From positions 73,669 to 137,668 of the forward strand of contig CAZWQF010000002.1 of assembly GCA_964636285.1 (NCBI GenBank): DNA of 64,000 bases, written 5' to 3'. The translations under genes were made by a program, and so were the position numbers. The first letter of the stretch is position 1. Each line of letters starts with the position of its first letter. The notes beneath the pieces were generated by a model that was given only the letters and a program-made list of their open reading frames with translations, had not been told where the DNA came from and made no database searches. This stretch comes from an uncultured Candidatus Saccharibacteria bacterium (GTDB lineage: Bacteria; Patescibacteriota; WWE3; UBA101185; 2-01-FULL-41-18). Below, one piece after another: positions 8,408 to 18,636 of the stretch.

Positions 8408-9598
8408 AGCTGATAAAACTGCAATCCACAATAAAAACTGAGGATAAAATATTGAATTCACAAACTGTGAATGCACAAACAGCGCGCATACAGAAATCAG
8501 AAGAGCTGGTGATAAATATGATTTTTTGTGAAGCCAACCTTTTGCACCATTCAAAAAAAGACTTAAGTACTGAAAAACAAAAAGCATAAGTCCTGGAATT
8601 CCTGTTGTAGCTAAAACTAGGAGTAAACTTGAATCCGCTCCTGCACCGGCGTTCCCTCCAGAATCGTCCCTGTAGTCAAAATAACCGTAATCCGCTTGAG
8701 CATACCTGTAAGCATTAAACCCAACCCCCGTGCCAAGACTATCTTTTGAAATTGTTAAGGCGTTCTCCCAAGACTTTAGTCTTAAGGCAGCCGAATCCGA
8801 AGGGTCAGTCACCCCGGAAAGCCTTGTCTGAGCTCTCGGCACAAGGTAATAGGTTAAAAACATGAGTATTAAAGTAAGAACTAAAAGCTTTCTTGATTTA
8901 AAAATTCCAAGAATAAATACAACAACCGAGAACATGAGCCAAGAACTTCTTGAAAACGTTAGAATCAACGCAACTAGAAGAGTCATTATTGCAACAGGTA
9001 AATAGGTTTTTGACTTTGAACCCTCAAAAATGTACATACATACTGCAAGAATTAGCCCAAGGACAAGGTAGCCTCCTGCAAAATTTGGATCAAAAAATGT
9101 AGACGCTAGCCTATTTATGTGAGGATCCCAGCCCTGCTCTCTAGGTAAGACTCTAAAATCTGGTATGACAAAAAGCTGTATAAATCCTGAGACTGCAATA
9201 AAGATTGAGCTTGCAAGCATTACGCCTACAATCATTTTTGTAGATTTTGGATCCTTATTAAACAAGTTGTAAACCACTGAAGACAGTACAAAATACATTG
9301 CAAGTCTTATTAAATAAGAAGCGGAGACTAGTAGCTGGCTTATTGTGAGGTCCCCAAACCTTAACAAAAGAGAAACAGTTGCAAAAATAATGAATAAAAC
9401 TGCAAAAATCGAATAAATGGGCAAAAATACCCTCTTCATTAGAAATAAGTAGATAACCCCAACTAGACAAAAAAGAGCCACCAAAATGTCAAATGCATAA
9501 ACCTTAGCCCCTCCAGGGCTAAAGGGCAAAAGTGCAAAAAAACCAAAGCTTGAAAACAAAAAACATGTTGAAAGCAAATAAAAAAGCGCTTTTTTCAT
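8375..9598 (-). CDS. O-antigen ligase / Wzy-like polymerase family membrane protein
   Basis: About 10 TM segments. Wzy_C-type motif LTFSRSSWL with a periplasmic loop. Sits in the Wzx/glycosyltransferase context. Confidence 0.6.
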   Translation of the reverse strand: MKKALFYLLSTCFLFSSFGFFALLPFSPGGAKVYAFDILVALFCLVGVIYLFLMKRVFLPIYSIFAVLFIIFATVSLLLRFGDLTISQLLVSASYLIRLAMYFVLSSVVYNLFNKDPKSTKMIVGVMLASSIFIAVSGFIQLFVIPDFRVLPREQGWDPHINRLASTFFDPNFAGGYLVLGLILAVCMYIFEGSKSKTYLPVAIMTLLVALILTFSRSSWLMFSVVVFILGIFKSRKLLVLTLILMFLTYYLVPRAQTRLSGVTDPSDSAALRLKSWENALTISKDSLGTGVGFNAYRYAQADYGYFDYRDDSGGNAGAGADSSLLLVLATTGIPGLMLFVFQYLSLFLNGAKGWLHKKSYLSPALLISVCALFVHSQFVNSIFYPQFLLWIAVLSALSFFEVDLNG

Positions 9599-10674
9599 AG
9601 TAAGGACTCAATTCTCTTAACCTCATCCCCTATCATATTGTGCTTAGTTACCTGGGCATAAGCAAGCCTAGAAATAGAATCACAAAGTTCTTTATCGCCA
9701 CTCAGAAGTTTGATCTTCTCTGAAATAATTTTAGGGTCATTTGGTTCTACTAAGATACCCGTCTTCATGTTTTGAATAATTTCAGGGGTCCCGCCTAGAT
9801 TTGTAGCAATAACTGGAACTCTGGCTTGCATTGCCTCAACTAGTCCTGTTGCATATGGTTCTGGCTCAACAGCAGGGTGCACAAATGTATCAAGAACTGA
9901 AAGCACTAGCTCCACTCTATCAATAAATCCAGTGTAAATTACTCTAACTTTTCTATTTTTTGAGTACAGTACTTTTTTGCTTGGTGCATCACCAACAATC
10001 AGACACACAAGACTTCCCTGAAAATGCTCTAGAGCAGCAGTCTCCAAAACCTTGTAACCTTTCCACTCTGCAAGCCTTCCTATATACCCAGCAACAAACT
10101 CATTTGTAATTCCAAGTGATTTCTTAAACTGATTAACATCTTTCTTACTTACACCTTCAACTTTCTTATTCATATCCGAAGATACAAAAAGCACTTCTCC
10201 CTTTTGAAGAACGTTCCCAGAGTAAAACTTCTTAATGGCACTTGAGACAAAATAAATCTTTGACGAAAAACGACTTAAAAGATTAAGTAAAAATCTGTTA
10301 TAACAAAAATCCCTGATAAACCAAACTATTTTTGTTCCTGTGATAATGCCTGCCACTGTTCCAACATATACTGCCCTTTCGGTATTCAACAGAAGCGTAT
10401 CCCCGCCCTCAAGGTAAATTATGTTAATCACGGCAATCACTGATTTTACGAATCTAAATAATGCTAAAGGTGAGTTAATTTTAAGCCTTTCAAAGGGTAC
10501 GGAATAAACCTTATCGGCAAACTGTTCAAACCTACTTATCACATTCGGATTGTCGCCAGAACAAATCACCACGCACCTAAACTTTTTCTTATCAAAGTAC
10601 TTAAGATAATTTACCAGAACAAGCTGAGCACCGCCTAAAACAGTCCCGTGGTCAATAAAAATGAGAGTTTTCAT
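9595..10674 (-). CDS. Glycosyltransferase family 4 (GT-B, GT1 domain)
   Basis: EX7E-type motif region PEPYATGLVEAMQARVPVIATNLGG. Confidence 0.75.
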   Translation of the reverse strand: MKTLIFIDHGTVLGGAQLVLVNYLKYFDKKKFRCVVICSGDNPNVISRFEQFADKVYSVPFERLKINSPLALFRFVKSVIAVINIIYLEGGDTLLLNTERAVYVGTVAGIITGTKIVWFIRDFCYNRFLLNLLSRFSSKIYFVSSAIKKFYSGNVLQKGEVLFVSSDMNKKVEGVSKKDVNQFKKSLGITNEFVAGYIGRLAEWKGYKVLETAALEHFQGSLVCLIVGDAPSKKVLYSKNRKVRVIYTGFIDRVELVLSVLDTFVHPAVEPEPYATGLVEAMQARVPVIATNLGGTPEIIQNMKTGILVEPNDPKIISEKIKLLSGDKELCDSISRLAYAQVTKHNMIGDEVKRIESLL

Positions 10675-10675
10675 A

Positions 10676-11560
10676 TCAGATTTTTATTCGCTCTACTTTA
10701 GAATAATACTTGAGCTTTCCAACATTTCTAAAAAAATAAAAAATGGTGTCACAAAAAGCCATCCCAAGATCAAATTTAAACTCAACCAAACTTTTGATTA
10801 GGTAGTAGGGAGAAACAAGAATTCTCAGAAGTATAGAAAGTCTAGACTGAAGCTTTCCCTTTTTCTTGGAATCAAGAAGCATCCCTGCTCCTCGTTGCAA
10901 GCTCTGGCTAATAAAATTTAGAAGTCCAAAATCGTGATTGTGGATTATAGAAACTGGAATATAAACAAACTTTTTTCTAAGTTTAATCAGCCTTTCTTTA
11001 AGGTCAGCATCTTCATGTGACACAAAATCTGGAATTTTTTCATTAAAGCCTCCAACATTCAAAAATGCGCTTCTAAGGTATGACATGTTGCCAAGGGCAA
11101 AGGGTGCTTCGTCTCTGTCTATGCTTACATACGACTTATTTGATTTTACATATTTTGCAAAAACGTGCTTTTCATACCGGCCAAAAATCGATGTACTCTT
11201 GTTAATAACATTTCCACCTGCTCCTGCAATTCCTGGCTCATCAGTTTGATAGGCTTGCTCAAGTTTCTCAAGCCAATTTTTAGGTGCTATACAATCAGAA
11301 TCCGTAAAAACAAGATATTTTCCAGAAGCATTATCAGCCCCAAAGTTTCTGGCTTTTGACCTACCAAGATGTTTTTTACATTTTAAGAGCGTGATTTTAT
11401 GGCTTGAAAGTTCCTCATATGTCCCGTCAGTTGAGGCGTCGTCTACAACAACAATCTCAAACTTACTGCTTGAAAAAGTCTGATCATATAACGAATCAAG
11501 GCACGTCAAAAGCTTCTCCCGCCTATTGAATGTAGGAATAATTACAGAAAATGTAAGCAT
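10676..11560 (-). CDS. Glycosyltransferase family 2
   Basis: N-terminal IIPTFNR...VVVDDASTDGT and DxD-like FTDSDC motifs. Confidence 0.8.
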   Translation of the reverse strand: MLTFSVIIPTFNRREKLLTCLDSLYDQTFSSSKFEIVVVDDASTDGTYEELSSHKITLLKCKKHLGRSKARNFGADNASGKYLVFTDSDCIAPKNWLEKLEQAYQTDEPGIAGAGGNVINKSTSIFGRYEKHVFAKYVKSNKSYVSIDRDEAPFALGNMSYLRSAFLNVGGFNEKIPDFVSHEDADLKERLIKLRKKFVYIPVSIIHNHDFGLLNFISQSLQRGAGMLLDSKKKGKLQSRLSILLRILVSPYYLIKSLVEFKFDLGMAFCDTIFYFFRNVGKLKYYSKVERIKI

Positions 11561-12816
11561 TATTTAGAAACAAGCTTTCGGGCAGTCAGGCTTAAAAGAA
11601 CCAATATTACTAATTCGCTAATCCAGGTTATATTTGCGCTGGCAAAAAACGAATATCTTGGGATAAGTATATAGTTTAGGCTCAAATTAACAACTGAGGC
11701 AATAAAATAAATATAGGGAAGGTATTTTTGCCCACCTAAAGTCACAATAAGCCATGCAATCGGCTGAGTTAGATAAAAAATGAACATAAACCCAAGTAAA
11801 ATTTTTAGTACATCCACTGAAGGGCCAAAACCTGAGCCCCCAAGGACAGAAATTGCAAAATCCGAAAACAGAATTCCAACCAAACCGCAAAGCCCACCGG
11901 CTATAAAAAGGGTTAGCATTACTTTTTTAAAAGTCCTTAAAAGCTTTTCTTTGCTATGAGCAAGATGCCTAACCATTATTGGGTACACTGAATTCATAAA
12001 AAACGTTGGGACTACAAGTGCAACTTCAAATATTTTGTAAGGAAGCCCATAAACTCCAACTGCCTGAATATTTGAAAGTCCAAGCTCTCCAGGAAGTGGC
12101 AAAACTGAAAGCATAATCGAATCAGCTTTAAAATTAATCTGGCTAAAAATAAACATCAAACCTATTGGAAACGAACTTCTTACCAGACTAGACACAAGCT
12201 TACTGTTATATGAGAACTTTGGATAAATTCCAAGCTTTGAAAGCATGTAGTAACAAAGTAAAACTGTGGCAAAACCCGACAAGACATTTGCTAGACCAAT
12301 ATAAAACACAGGAGTTTTATAAAAAATCATAAGTGCAATAACAATTGGTACAATTAGCGTTCCTACGGAGTTGGCAATATTTGAAAGGTCGTACCTTAAT
12401 TTAACCTGAAAACCTATATTTGATGTCGAATATAGGGCAGTTGTAAGTATTGTGAAAAGGCCAATTAAGATTCCGAATTTAACCTGAAGAGGGTAGTTGA
12501 AAAAATAGAGAATTCCTCCTGCTAAAAGTATCAGAAATGCCGATATTATAAGCCTGATTAAAATAATATTTCCTAAATACTCATTTATTTGAGACTCCTT
12601 AACAGACAAATCTCTTGTGGCAATAGCGTTAAACCCAAAATCGGAAATTATATAAAAAAGAGCTGGAAATCCAACAATCAAGCTAAAAATCCCATACCCC
12701 TCAACACCGTAATTCCTTGTTAATGTTGCAGTAACAGCCATAGAGATAGCCATTGTAACTACTTTGCCAAGGAACTGAAAAACTGTATTTTTTGCTACGG
12801 CCTTTGTTTCAGACAC
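11560..12816 (-). CDS. wzx: Wzx-type oligosaccharide flippase (polysaccharide biosynthesis protein, MOP superfamily)
   Basis: 418 aa with about 12 TM segments. N-terminal KNTVFQFLGKVVTMAISMAVTATLTRNYGVEGYG is a typical Wzx start. Confidence 0.7.
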   Translation of the reverse strand: MSETKAVAKNTVFQFLGKVVTMAISMAVTATLTRNYGVEGYGIFSLIVGFPALFYIISDFGFNAIATRDLSVKESQINEYLGNIILIRLIISAFLILLAGGILYFFNYPLQVKFGILIGLFTILTTALYSTSNIGFQVKLRYDLSNIANSVGTLIVPIVIALMIFYKTPVFYIGLANVLSGFATVLLCYYMLSKLGIYPKFSYNSKLVSSLVRSSFPIGLMFIFSQINFKADSIMLSVLPLPGELGLSNIQAVGVYGLPYKIFEVALVVPTFFMNSVYPIMVRHLAHSKEKLLRTFKKVMLTLFIAGGLCGLVGILFSDFAISVLGGSGFGPSVDVLKILLGFMFIFYLTQPIAWLIVTLGGQKYLPYIYFIASVVNLSLNYILIPRYSFFASANITWISELVILVLLSLTARKLVSK

Positions 12817-12857
12817 GTAAATATTATAGCTGAATATGGAAATCTTTACTTTGGATT

Positions 12858-14081
12858 TTAGTCACACGTAGAAAGCTCTTTTTCAACCTCCTTTAGTACG
12901 GGAGGTCTTCCCGCAGTCTTTCTCAAGGCTTTGATTACATCAAACTGTGGATAAACACCTCCATCTTTTTTGATCCATGAAAAGTGATCAAAAGGTGGGT
13001 CATAATAAACGGTAAATGGCATAACGGCTACTACCCTGTCGTCCTTAAGCCAAACATCAACAAAAGCTTTTTTAATGTATTCAGCAACAATATCAGAAGT
13101 GTAGTAATTAGCGTTCCCTGCCTCCCCTTCTTTATGTGGCCAACCTGTCTCAGTAATAAATACTGGCATATCCTTTTTAACCTCAAATCTTCTTTTAAGT
13201 AGTTCTAATTCCCATTCGTATCCTTTAATAGATCCTCTACCAGTATCCTCAGGTTTTCCAAGGTAGTGAGGCTGAGGGTATGGGTGACTTGCCCAGCCAT
13301 CAAGCATGTCAAAAATTCCAGGATTTCTTACATTCATCCTAACCATAAAAGCCTCCTGATCAATGTAACCATTTCCGTTTGGCGCGGTAGTATTAAACGC
13401 CCCGTTCATTACAAAAAAATTCTCATCCTCCGATTTAAAGCTTTCAATTGTGTACTTTAATATGTCAGAGTATTCTTCTGGATTCGCGTCCCCATTCCAA
13501 AATCTTGAATCGTTCATTTCATTATAAGCACTTATATACTTAGCTTTTGTTGGCCATGCAAACTTATTTAAAAACTTGGCTGATGACCTTGTTTGAAATT
13601 TGTATTCCTTTGGATCCACATCCCATAGCTGAATAACAGGAATTAAGTGCTTTTTTGCTAATAACTCAAAAACGTCCTTCCACTTTGAGTCGTCATAATC
13701 CTTAACATTATATGGAATCAAAACATATCCCCAGTCCCCTCCGTTAGAATTCACAAGAGCATCAGCTGTCTTAATAAAATCTTTAGTTGAGTATATGTAC
13801 AAACCAAATTTATTGTTTGGGTAACCAAGGTTTTTCTGAGGAACTTCAGTAATCTGCCTGTCTTCATATTTTTTGAAGGAAATGCTATCGCTTATAAGAC
13901 ACTTTGATTCCTCAAATTTTAGACCACTCGGGGTAATAAACCGAATGCTCGCTTCGTTAATGGAGCCGTTTTGATCTTGTTTTGGAAGCTGCGCTGTCTT
14001 TTTAATTTTAGAATAGAAAATGAAACCCAAGCTTCCTGAAATTATTAAAATAATTAGTGAAATGATAAGAATCTTTTTCAT
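12858..14081 (-). CDS. Membrane-anchored glycoside hydrolase, clan GH-A TIM-barrel (GH5/GH17/GH53-like)
   Basis: Candidate acid/base in YNEMND and nucleophile in ITETGWP, separated by about 120 aa. N-terminal signal anchor. ATG at 14081 preferred over the TTG at 14099. Confidence 0.55.
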   Translation of the reverse strand: MKKILIISLIILIISGSLGFIFYSKIKKTAQLPKQDQNGSINEASIRFITPSGLKFEESKCLISDSISFKKYEDRQITEVPQKNLGYPNNKFGLYIYSTKDFIKTADALVNSNGGDWGYVLIPYNVKDYDDSKWKDVFELLAKKHLIPVIQLWDVDPKEYKFQTRSSAKFLNKFAWPTKAKYISAYNEMNDSRFWNGDANPEEYSDILKYTIESFKSEDENFFVMNGAFNTTAPNGNGYIDQEAFMVRMNVRNPGIFDMLDGWASHPYPQPHYLGKPEDTGRGSIKGYEWELELLKRRFEVKKDMPVFITETGWPHKEGEAGNANYYTSDIVAEYIKKAFVDVWLKDDRVVAVMPFTVYYDPPFDHFSWIKKDGGVYPQFDVIKALRKTAGRPPVLKEVEKELSTCD

Positions 14082-14099
14082 CTCTGTTAAAATACCCAA

Positions 14100-15323
14100 G
14101 TGAGAAAATTCTTTGGTCTCAAGCGTATTATACTTTATATCCTGACAATTAACCTTATTCTTGGGATTGCACTTTTTAGCCTGTCAGTTAAGGCCCGTGA
14201 AGCTTATGTATCCTCCCCATTAGGAGACACAATTCAGGTTGTAAATGCACTATTTAGCTCCCCTCTTAACAAGGTAGTTTATGGATACCTGCCATATTGG
14301 GTACTTTCCGAAGCTGAGCACATTGAATACGACAAACTAACTGATATCTCATATTTCAGCCTATCTATAAACAGCAATGGAACCATAAAAAAAGTAAATG
14401 AAAATGGCGAAACAGACCCAGGATACAACAACTGGAAGTCCTCAGAGGCTCTAAACAGAGTGGTCAAGAATGCAAAAATCTGGAAACTTAGAATGTCTCT
14501 AACAATCTCGCTTCAAAAAGATGATGAGATTGATGCTTTCCTTCAGTGCCCAGAATGCTGGGATACTTTCATAGAGGACCTTAAAGCAGAGCTCAATTCT
14601 AAGAAAATCAAAGATGTGAGTCTGGATTTTGAGCACATGGAACAGACTACTCCAATTATCAGAAATTCTTATACTAACTTTGTAGAGTTTGTAAATAAAA
14701 AGCTGGATGATGAATTTGGTGATTCAAAGGTCATAGTTGCCTCGTTTGCAGATTCGTTTAAAAGATCAAGAATTACAGACCCTGTGGCACTTGCTGAAGT
14801 AAGTGATGGGATTTTTATCATGGCTTATGATTACCACCTACCAACATCAGAAATTACTGGCCCTGTTGCACCACTTAAGAATAAAATTGACCCTGACGAC
14901 TTTGATGTGAGAGCTGCGGTAGCTCAGTATAAAGAAAAGATTTCTCCTTCAAAGCTAATACTAGGCGTACCCTACTACGGTGCTAACTATCTTGTTTCCG
15001 AATCAAAACCAGGTGCAAAAAGACTTCCAGGTAATGATCAAATTGGATTTTCCGTTGCGCAGTACTACTCCATGATCAGAGAAAACAGTGCGATTGACAC
15101 CAGCAAAGCGGAGTGGGATGAGATAAATAACACTCCGTACATTCTTTACACAAGTTCAGAAACAGGAAGTAGTAGGCTTTTGTACTTTGAGAATAAAGAA
15201 TCAATTTTAAAGAAGTTCAGGTTTGCCAAAGACGAAAAACTGGCGGGAGTTGGAATGTGGGCTATCGGGTACGATGGGAAGTACAAGGATTATTGGGATG
15301 CAATTCGGGAGGAGTTTAAGTAG
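14100..15323 (+). CDS. Glycoside hydrolase family 18 (chitinase-like) with signal peptide; GTG start
   Basis: GH18 motifs SLDFEHME (catalytic DxxDxDxE-like), MAYDYH (MxYD) and LGVPYYG. Confidence 0.7.
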   Translation: MRKFFGLKRIILYILTINLILGIALFSLSVKAREAYVSSPLGDTIQVVNALFSSPLNKVVYGYLPYWVLSEAEHIEYDKLTDISYFSLSINSNGTIKKVNENGETDPGYNNWKSSEALNRVVKNAKIWKLRMSLTISLQKDDEIDAFLQCPECWDTFIEDLKAELNSKKIKDVSLDFEHMEQTTPIIRNSYTNFVEFVNKKLDDEFGDSKVIVASFADSFKRSRITDPVALAEVSDGIFIMAYDYHLPTSEITGPVAPLKNKIDPDDFDVRAAVAQYKEKISPSKLILGVPYYGANYLVSESKPGAKRLPGNDQIGFSVAQYYSMIRENSAIDTSKAEWDEINNTPYILYTSSETGSSRLLYFENKESILKKFRFAKDEKLAGVGMWAIGYDGKYKDYWDAIREEFK

Positions 15324-15340
15324 AAATGGCTTAGCTCATT

Positions 15341-16003
15341 CTAGTTTGTTGAGACAAACTCAATGCAATCGGTTACAACCTCCTCAAGCACATCTTCAGA
15401 AGTTCGCACAGACTCGTCAGCTGAGAGCAGATTATGTGAGGCCCCTGCAATCTCCCTAACCTCAAATGATAGTCCAAGCTTGGAAAGATAGTTTCTTACA
15501 TCAGTAGAGGAATTGTACTCATCTTTAGCGCCATGAAGCACAAACAACTTTGATTTAAGCGATTTCAAAAATTGTTCATCAATCATTTTTTGAAATGATT
15601 CAAGATGAAAACCTAGAATAACAACGGGACATCTAAGTCTGTTTTCAACAGCAAATTTTGCTGATACAACGCCACCTAGAGATCTTCCTATAAGATAAAC
15701 ATTTGGCACTACAACTTTCTGGAGCATAAATGAATATGCCGAATCAAGATCTTCAACCAAGTCCTCAGGCCTAACATTCTCGGGAGCAATTTTTTTAGCA
15801 ACAAAATGAAAATTGTACCTTAGTGTTGTATACCTGAGATTAAAAAGATTGGCTTGTATGTTTGTTAATACAACGTCATCTTTATTACCGTGGGAATTGT
15901 GAGAAAACAGCACAACACCTCTAGGATTATGTGCTTGATCAAATGTTGCATCAAGATCACATCCCCCAAAAGATTGGGTTTTTACAATCACATCGTTATA
16001 CAT
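15341..16003 (-). CDS. Alpha/beta hydrolase (esterase / dienelactone-hydrolase-like)
   Basis: GxSxG nucleophile elbow in LIGRSLGGVVS. A C-terminal His lies in GASHNL. Confidence 0.6.
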   Translation of the reverse strand: MYNDVIVKTQSFGGCDLDATFDQAHNPRGVVLFSHNSHGNKDDVVLTNIQANLFNLRYTTLRYNFHFVAKKIAPENVRPEDLVEDLDSAYSFMLQKVVVPNVYLIGRSLGGVVSAKFAVENRLRCPVVILGFHLESFQKMIDEQFLKSLKSKLFVLHGAKDEYNSSTDVRNYLSKLGLSFEVREIAGASHNLLSADESVRTSEDVLEEVVTDCIEFVSTN

Positions 16004-16031
16004 CTAGGATATATTAGAATAAATAGCACCT

Positions 16032-17258
16032 TTATGGAAGTACCGGCAACGTATTTGAAACACAAATAGACTTATAATATTGCGAAGAAGGCCTTGGTTT
16101 TCTCTCAAAAGTAGTATAGTCAATTTCTACCAAACCAAATCTTGGCCAAAAACCTTCTGCCCATTCAAAATTATCCATCAAAGACCAGTGCAAATACCCA
16201 AATACAGGCACACCATCTGAAATAGCTTTGTGAACATAAAAAAGCGACTGGGAAAGGAATTTTTCTCGATTAAGGTCTTTTGCATCGGCGAGTCCGTTTT
16301 CGGTGATTATTACTGGCTTGTTGTATCTTTTTAGGTCCATGAGTACATGGTAAATAGCTTCCGGATAAAGCTCCCAACCCATATCTGACTTCCATTCGTT
16401 AAGATTTTTCCCTAGCCAGCCATCTATTCGGTTGTGAAAATAGTGGTTAAGACCAATAAAATCTTGGCACTTACTAATTTTATTTAGAAAATAAAAGTTC
16501 CACCAAAAATCCATGACTGATTTTATGATTCTGTTGAAAAACTTGTTTTGTGCAGCCTCAAAGTAAATGTTGTTCTTGGCAATACCTACCATTGAGTTTG
16601 GGTTTATTTGTTTGATTACAGGATAAGCCAAGTTATGAGCTCCAATTAAGTTATGGAGGACATTAAGGTATGAAAACAAATTTTTCTTTTGAGGGGGCCA
16701 ATTCCCATCAAGATATGAGTTCCCAGAGTAGATCTCAGGCTCGTTAAGTGTAATCCAGAACTTAACATCAGGGCTTAGTGCAGATACAACCTTTTCCGAA
16801 TACCTAGCAAAAAGACCTTTGATACCTGAGTGTCCCCAACCACCTTTATCTTTAAGCCAAAGTGGTAATGGCCAGTGCCAAAGGGTAACAAAAGGCTCAA
16901 TTCCAAGCTCTCTTAAAGTCTTAATTACATTTTTATAGTGATTAAGCCCCTCCTCAGAAAACTTACCTTCCTCAGGCTCAATCCTTGACCATTCAATAGA
17001 TATTCTTGTTGCGTTGTGACCAAGATCTTTTGCCATCTTAAAATCTTCTTTGTAAAGATTAAAGTGATTGCAAGCATTGCCGCAAATAAAGTTATCTAGG
17101 CCGTGCTTATCTATAAGGCCTTTTTCTTCAAGTGATTTTTTTCTTTCTGGCGATTTTTCCCATTCGGACCAGTCATTGGTATTTCCACCTTCAACCTGGT
17201 GACTTGCCGTTGATGCACCCCAGTAAAAATTGAGAGGAAAGTCTAAATAATTAGGCAT
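16032..17258 (-). CDS. bglA: Glycoside hydrolase family 1 beta-glucosidase
   Basis: GH1 N-terminal signature FYWGASTASHQVEG. Acid/base in ITLNEPE. Nucleophile in IITENGLAD. Confidence 0.9.
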   Translation of the reverse strand: MPNYLDFPLNFYWGASTASHQVEGGNTNDWSEWEKSPERKKSLEEKGLIDKHGLDNFICGNACNHFNLYKEDFKMAKDLGHNATRISIEWSRIEPEEGKFSEEGLNHYKNVIKTLRELGIEPFVTLWHWPLPLWLKDKGGWGHSGIKGLFARYSEKVVSALSPDVKFWITLNEPEIYSGNSYLDGNWPPQKKNLFSYLNVLHNLIGAHNLAYPVIKQINPNSMVGIAKNNIYFEAAQNKFFNRIIKSVMDFWWNFYFLNKISKCQDFIGLNHYFHNRIDGWLGKNLNEWKSDMGWELYPEAIYHVLMDLKRYNKPVIITENGLADAKDLNREKFLSQSLFYVHKAISDGVPVFGYLHWSLMDNFEWAEGFWPRFGLVEIDYTTFERKPRPSSQYYKSICVSNTLPVLP

Positions 17259-17266
17259 AAGTAGAT

Positions 17267-17343
17267 TGGTGGGTCTAACAGGATTCGAACCTATGGCCTC
17301 CTCGATGTGAACGAGGCGCTCTAACCAGCTGAGCTATAGACCC
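17267..17343 (-). tRNA. tRNA-Val (anticodon CAC)
   Basis: Reverse complement folds as GGGTCTA-TA-GCTC-AGCTGGTTA-GAGC-G-CCTCG-TTCACAT-CGAGG-AGGCC-ATAGG-TTCGAAT-CCTGT-TAGACCC-A-CCA. Confidence 0.85.
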
Positions 17344-17371
17344 CTATCTTTGAGTATTGTAACATTTTTGG

Positions 17372-17884
17372 GTGGTTAGAAAACTGAAAAAAGCCCTAAA
17401 AAAACTCTTCTTACTCCTTCTTCTTATACCTTCAATTCTTGCTGTAGCATTTTTGTGTTACGAACCAGGATTTGTTTCAGGGGAGTCAATGTACCCTGTA
17501 CTTGAAAATAATGATTTAGTTCTTATTAAAAAAACACCTTTTTCTAAAAAATCTTACAAAGCTGGGCAAATTCTCATGTTCAGGCGCGCTGACACCAAAG
17601 ATGTGTTAATAAAAAGACTTAATGGTCTGCCTGGCCAAAAAATTAATATCTTGGAAGGAAAACTTACAGTGAACGGAACTTTGGTTGATGAGATGGAGAC
17701 CTACCCAGGACTGTTCTTAAAAGATGGTGACGAACTAATACTTAAAGATTGCTACTTCTTATCAGGGGACAACAGAATGCACAGCACGGATTCAAGAGAT
17801 TTTGGATGTATTGTGGCTAAGGACATTATTGGCGAAGCCCAAGTAGTTATTTGGCCACCAAAAAACTTCAAAGTGCTTAAGTAG
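17372..17884 (+). CDS. lepB: Signal peptidase I (S26 family)
   Basis: Box B GESMYPVL (catalytic Ser) and box E GDNRMHSTDSRDFG. N-terminal TM anchor. Confidence 0.85.
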   Translation: MVRKLKKALKKLFLLLLLIPSILAVAFLCYEPGFVSGESMYPVLENNDLVLIKKTPFSKKSYKAGQILMFRRADTKDVLIKRLNGLPGQKINILEGKLTVNGTLVDEMETYPGLFLKDGDELILKDCYFLSGDNRMHSTDSRDFGCIVAKDIIGEAQVVIWPPKNFKVLK

Positions 17885-17905
17885 ATTAAATTTTATTTGT
17901 GATAA

Positions 17906-18157
17906 TTAAAGTACCGAAACAATCTTCTTTGACTTATTAACAAAGCCAAACTTAACCTTGCCTGGTCTTAATGCGTAAAGTGTGAAGTCAGAACCAACTC
18001 CAACCCCGTCTCCTGCTTTGTACAAAGCTCCTCTTTGTCTTAAAATAATCTCTCCTGATTTAATCTCTTCTCCGCCGTAAATCTTTATTCCAAGTCTTTT
18101 ACCTGCTACATTTCCACCCTGCTTAGCTTTGGATCCTCCGGCCTTTTTATGTGCCAT
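17906..18157 (-). CDS. rpmA: 50S ribosomal protein L27
   Basis: MAHKKAGGSKAKQGGNVAGKRLGIKIYGGE... is the canonical L27 sequence. Confidence 0.95.
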   Translation of the reverse strand: MAHKKAGGSKAKQGGNVAGKRLGIKIYGGEEIKSGEIILRQRGALYKAGDGVGVGSDFTLYALRPGKVKFGFVNKSKKIVSVL

Positions 18158-18160
18158 ATA

Positions 18161-18583
18161 TTACTTATCCTCCTTTTTGGCTCTTGGCTTAACTGTCTTT
18201 TTTTCTGCCTTAGCCTCAGTCTTTACTTCTACCGCTTCCTTAACAGGAGCTTCTTCTTTTTTGACTGCTTTTTTAGGCTTATCTTCGCCCTCAAAAATGT
18301 CAGTAATTGTAACAACTGAAAGTGTTTGTCTAAATCCTCTTGTTTTATGGTATCTAGATTTGGCTTTGAATCTTGTAATAGTAATTTTATCGCCTTTTTC
18401 TTCTCTATCAATCTTGGCCTTAACTTTTACTTCGTCCAAATATGGATTTCCAATTTTAAGAGCTCCATCAATTGAAGCCATCAATACCTTTGGTTCGAAT
18501 TTTTCAAGTCTATTAACTTTTATTGTTTGACCTTCCTCAACCTTGAACTGGCTACCGGAAAGCTTAATAATTGCGTAATTCAT
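18161..18583 (-). CDS. rplU: 50S ribosomal protein L21 with an about 45 aa Lys/Glu/Ala-rich C-terminal extension
   Basis: MNYAIIKLSGSQFKVEEGQ...RFKAKSRYHKTRGFRQ is the L21 core. The ATG at 18583 is preferred; the ORF track's 18628 start adds 15 non-conserved residues. The tail is EGEDKPKKAVKKEEAPVKEAVEVKTEAKAEKKTVKPRAKKEDK. Confidence 0.9.
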   Translation of the reverse strand: MNYAIIKLSGSQFKVEEGQTIKVNRLEKFEPKVLMASIDGALKIGNPYLDEVKVKAKIDREEKGDKITITRFKAKSRYHKTRGFRQTLSVVTITDIFEGEDKPKKAVKKEEAPVKEAVEVKTEAKAEKKTVKPRAKKEDK

Positions 18584-18636
18584 ACTTAGAACATGCAAAA
18601 ATATACTATATAAAGTAAACTTTAGCAAGAAACCTT

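Noticed and set aside
15343-15360. Hairpin AGTTTGT-TGAG-ACAAACT between convergent GH18 and esterase genes as a bidirectional terminator.
   Set aside because: The stem overlaps the esterase stop codon and no U-tract follows on either strand. Too weak to call.
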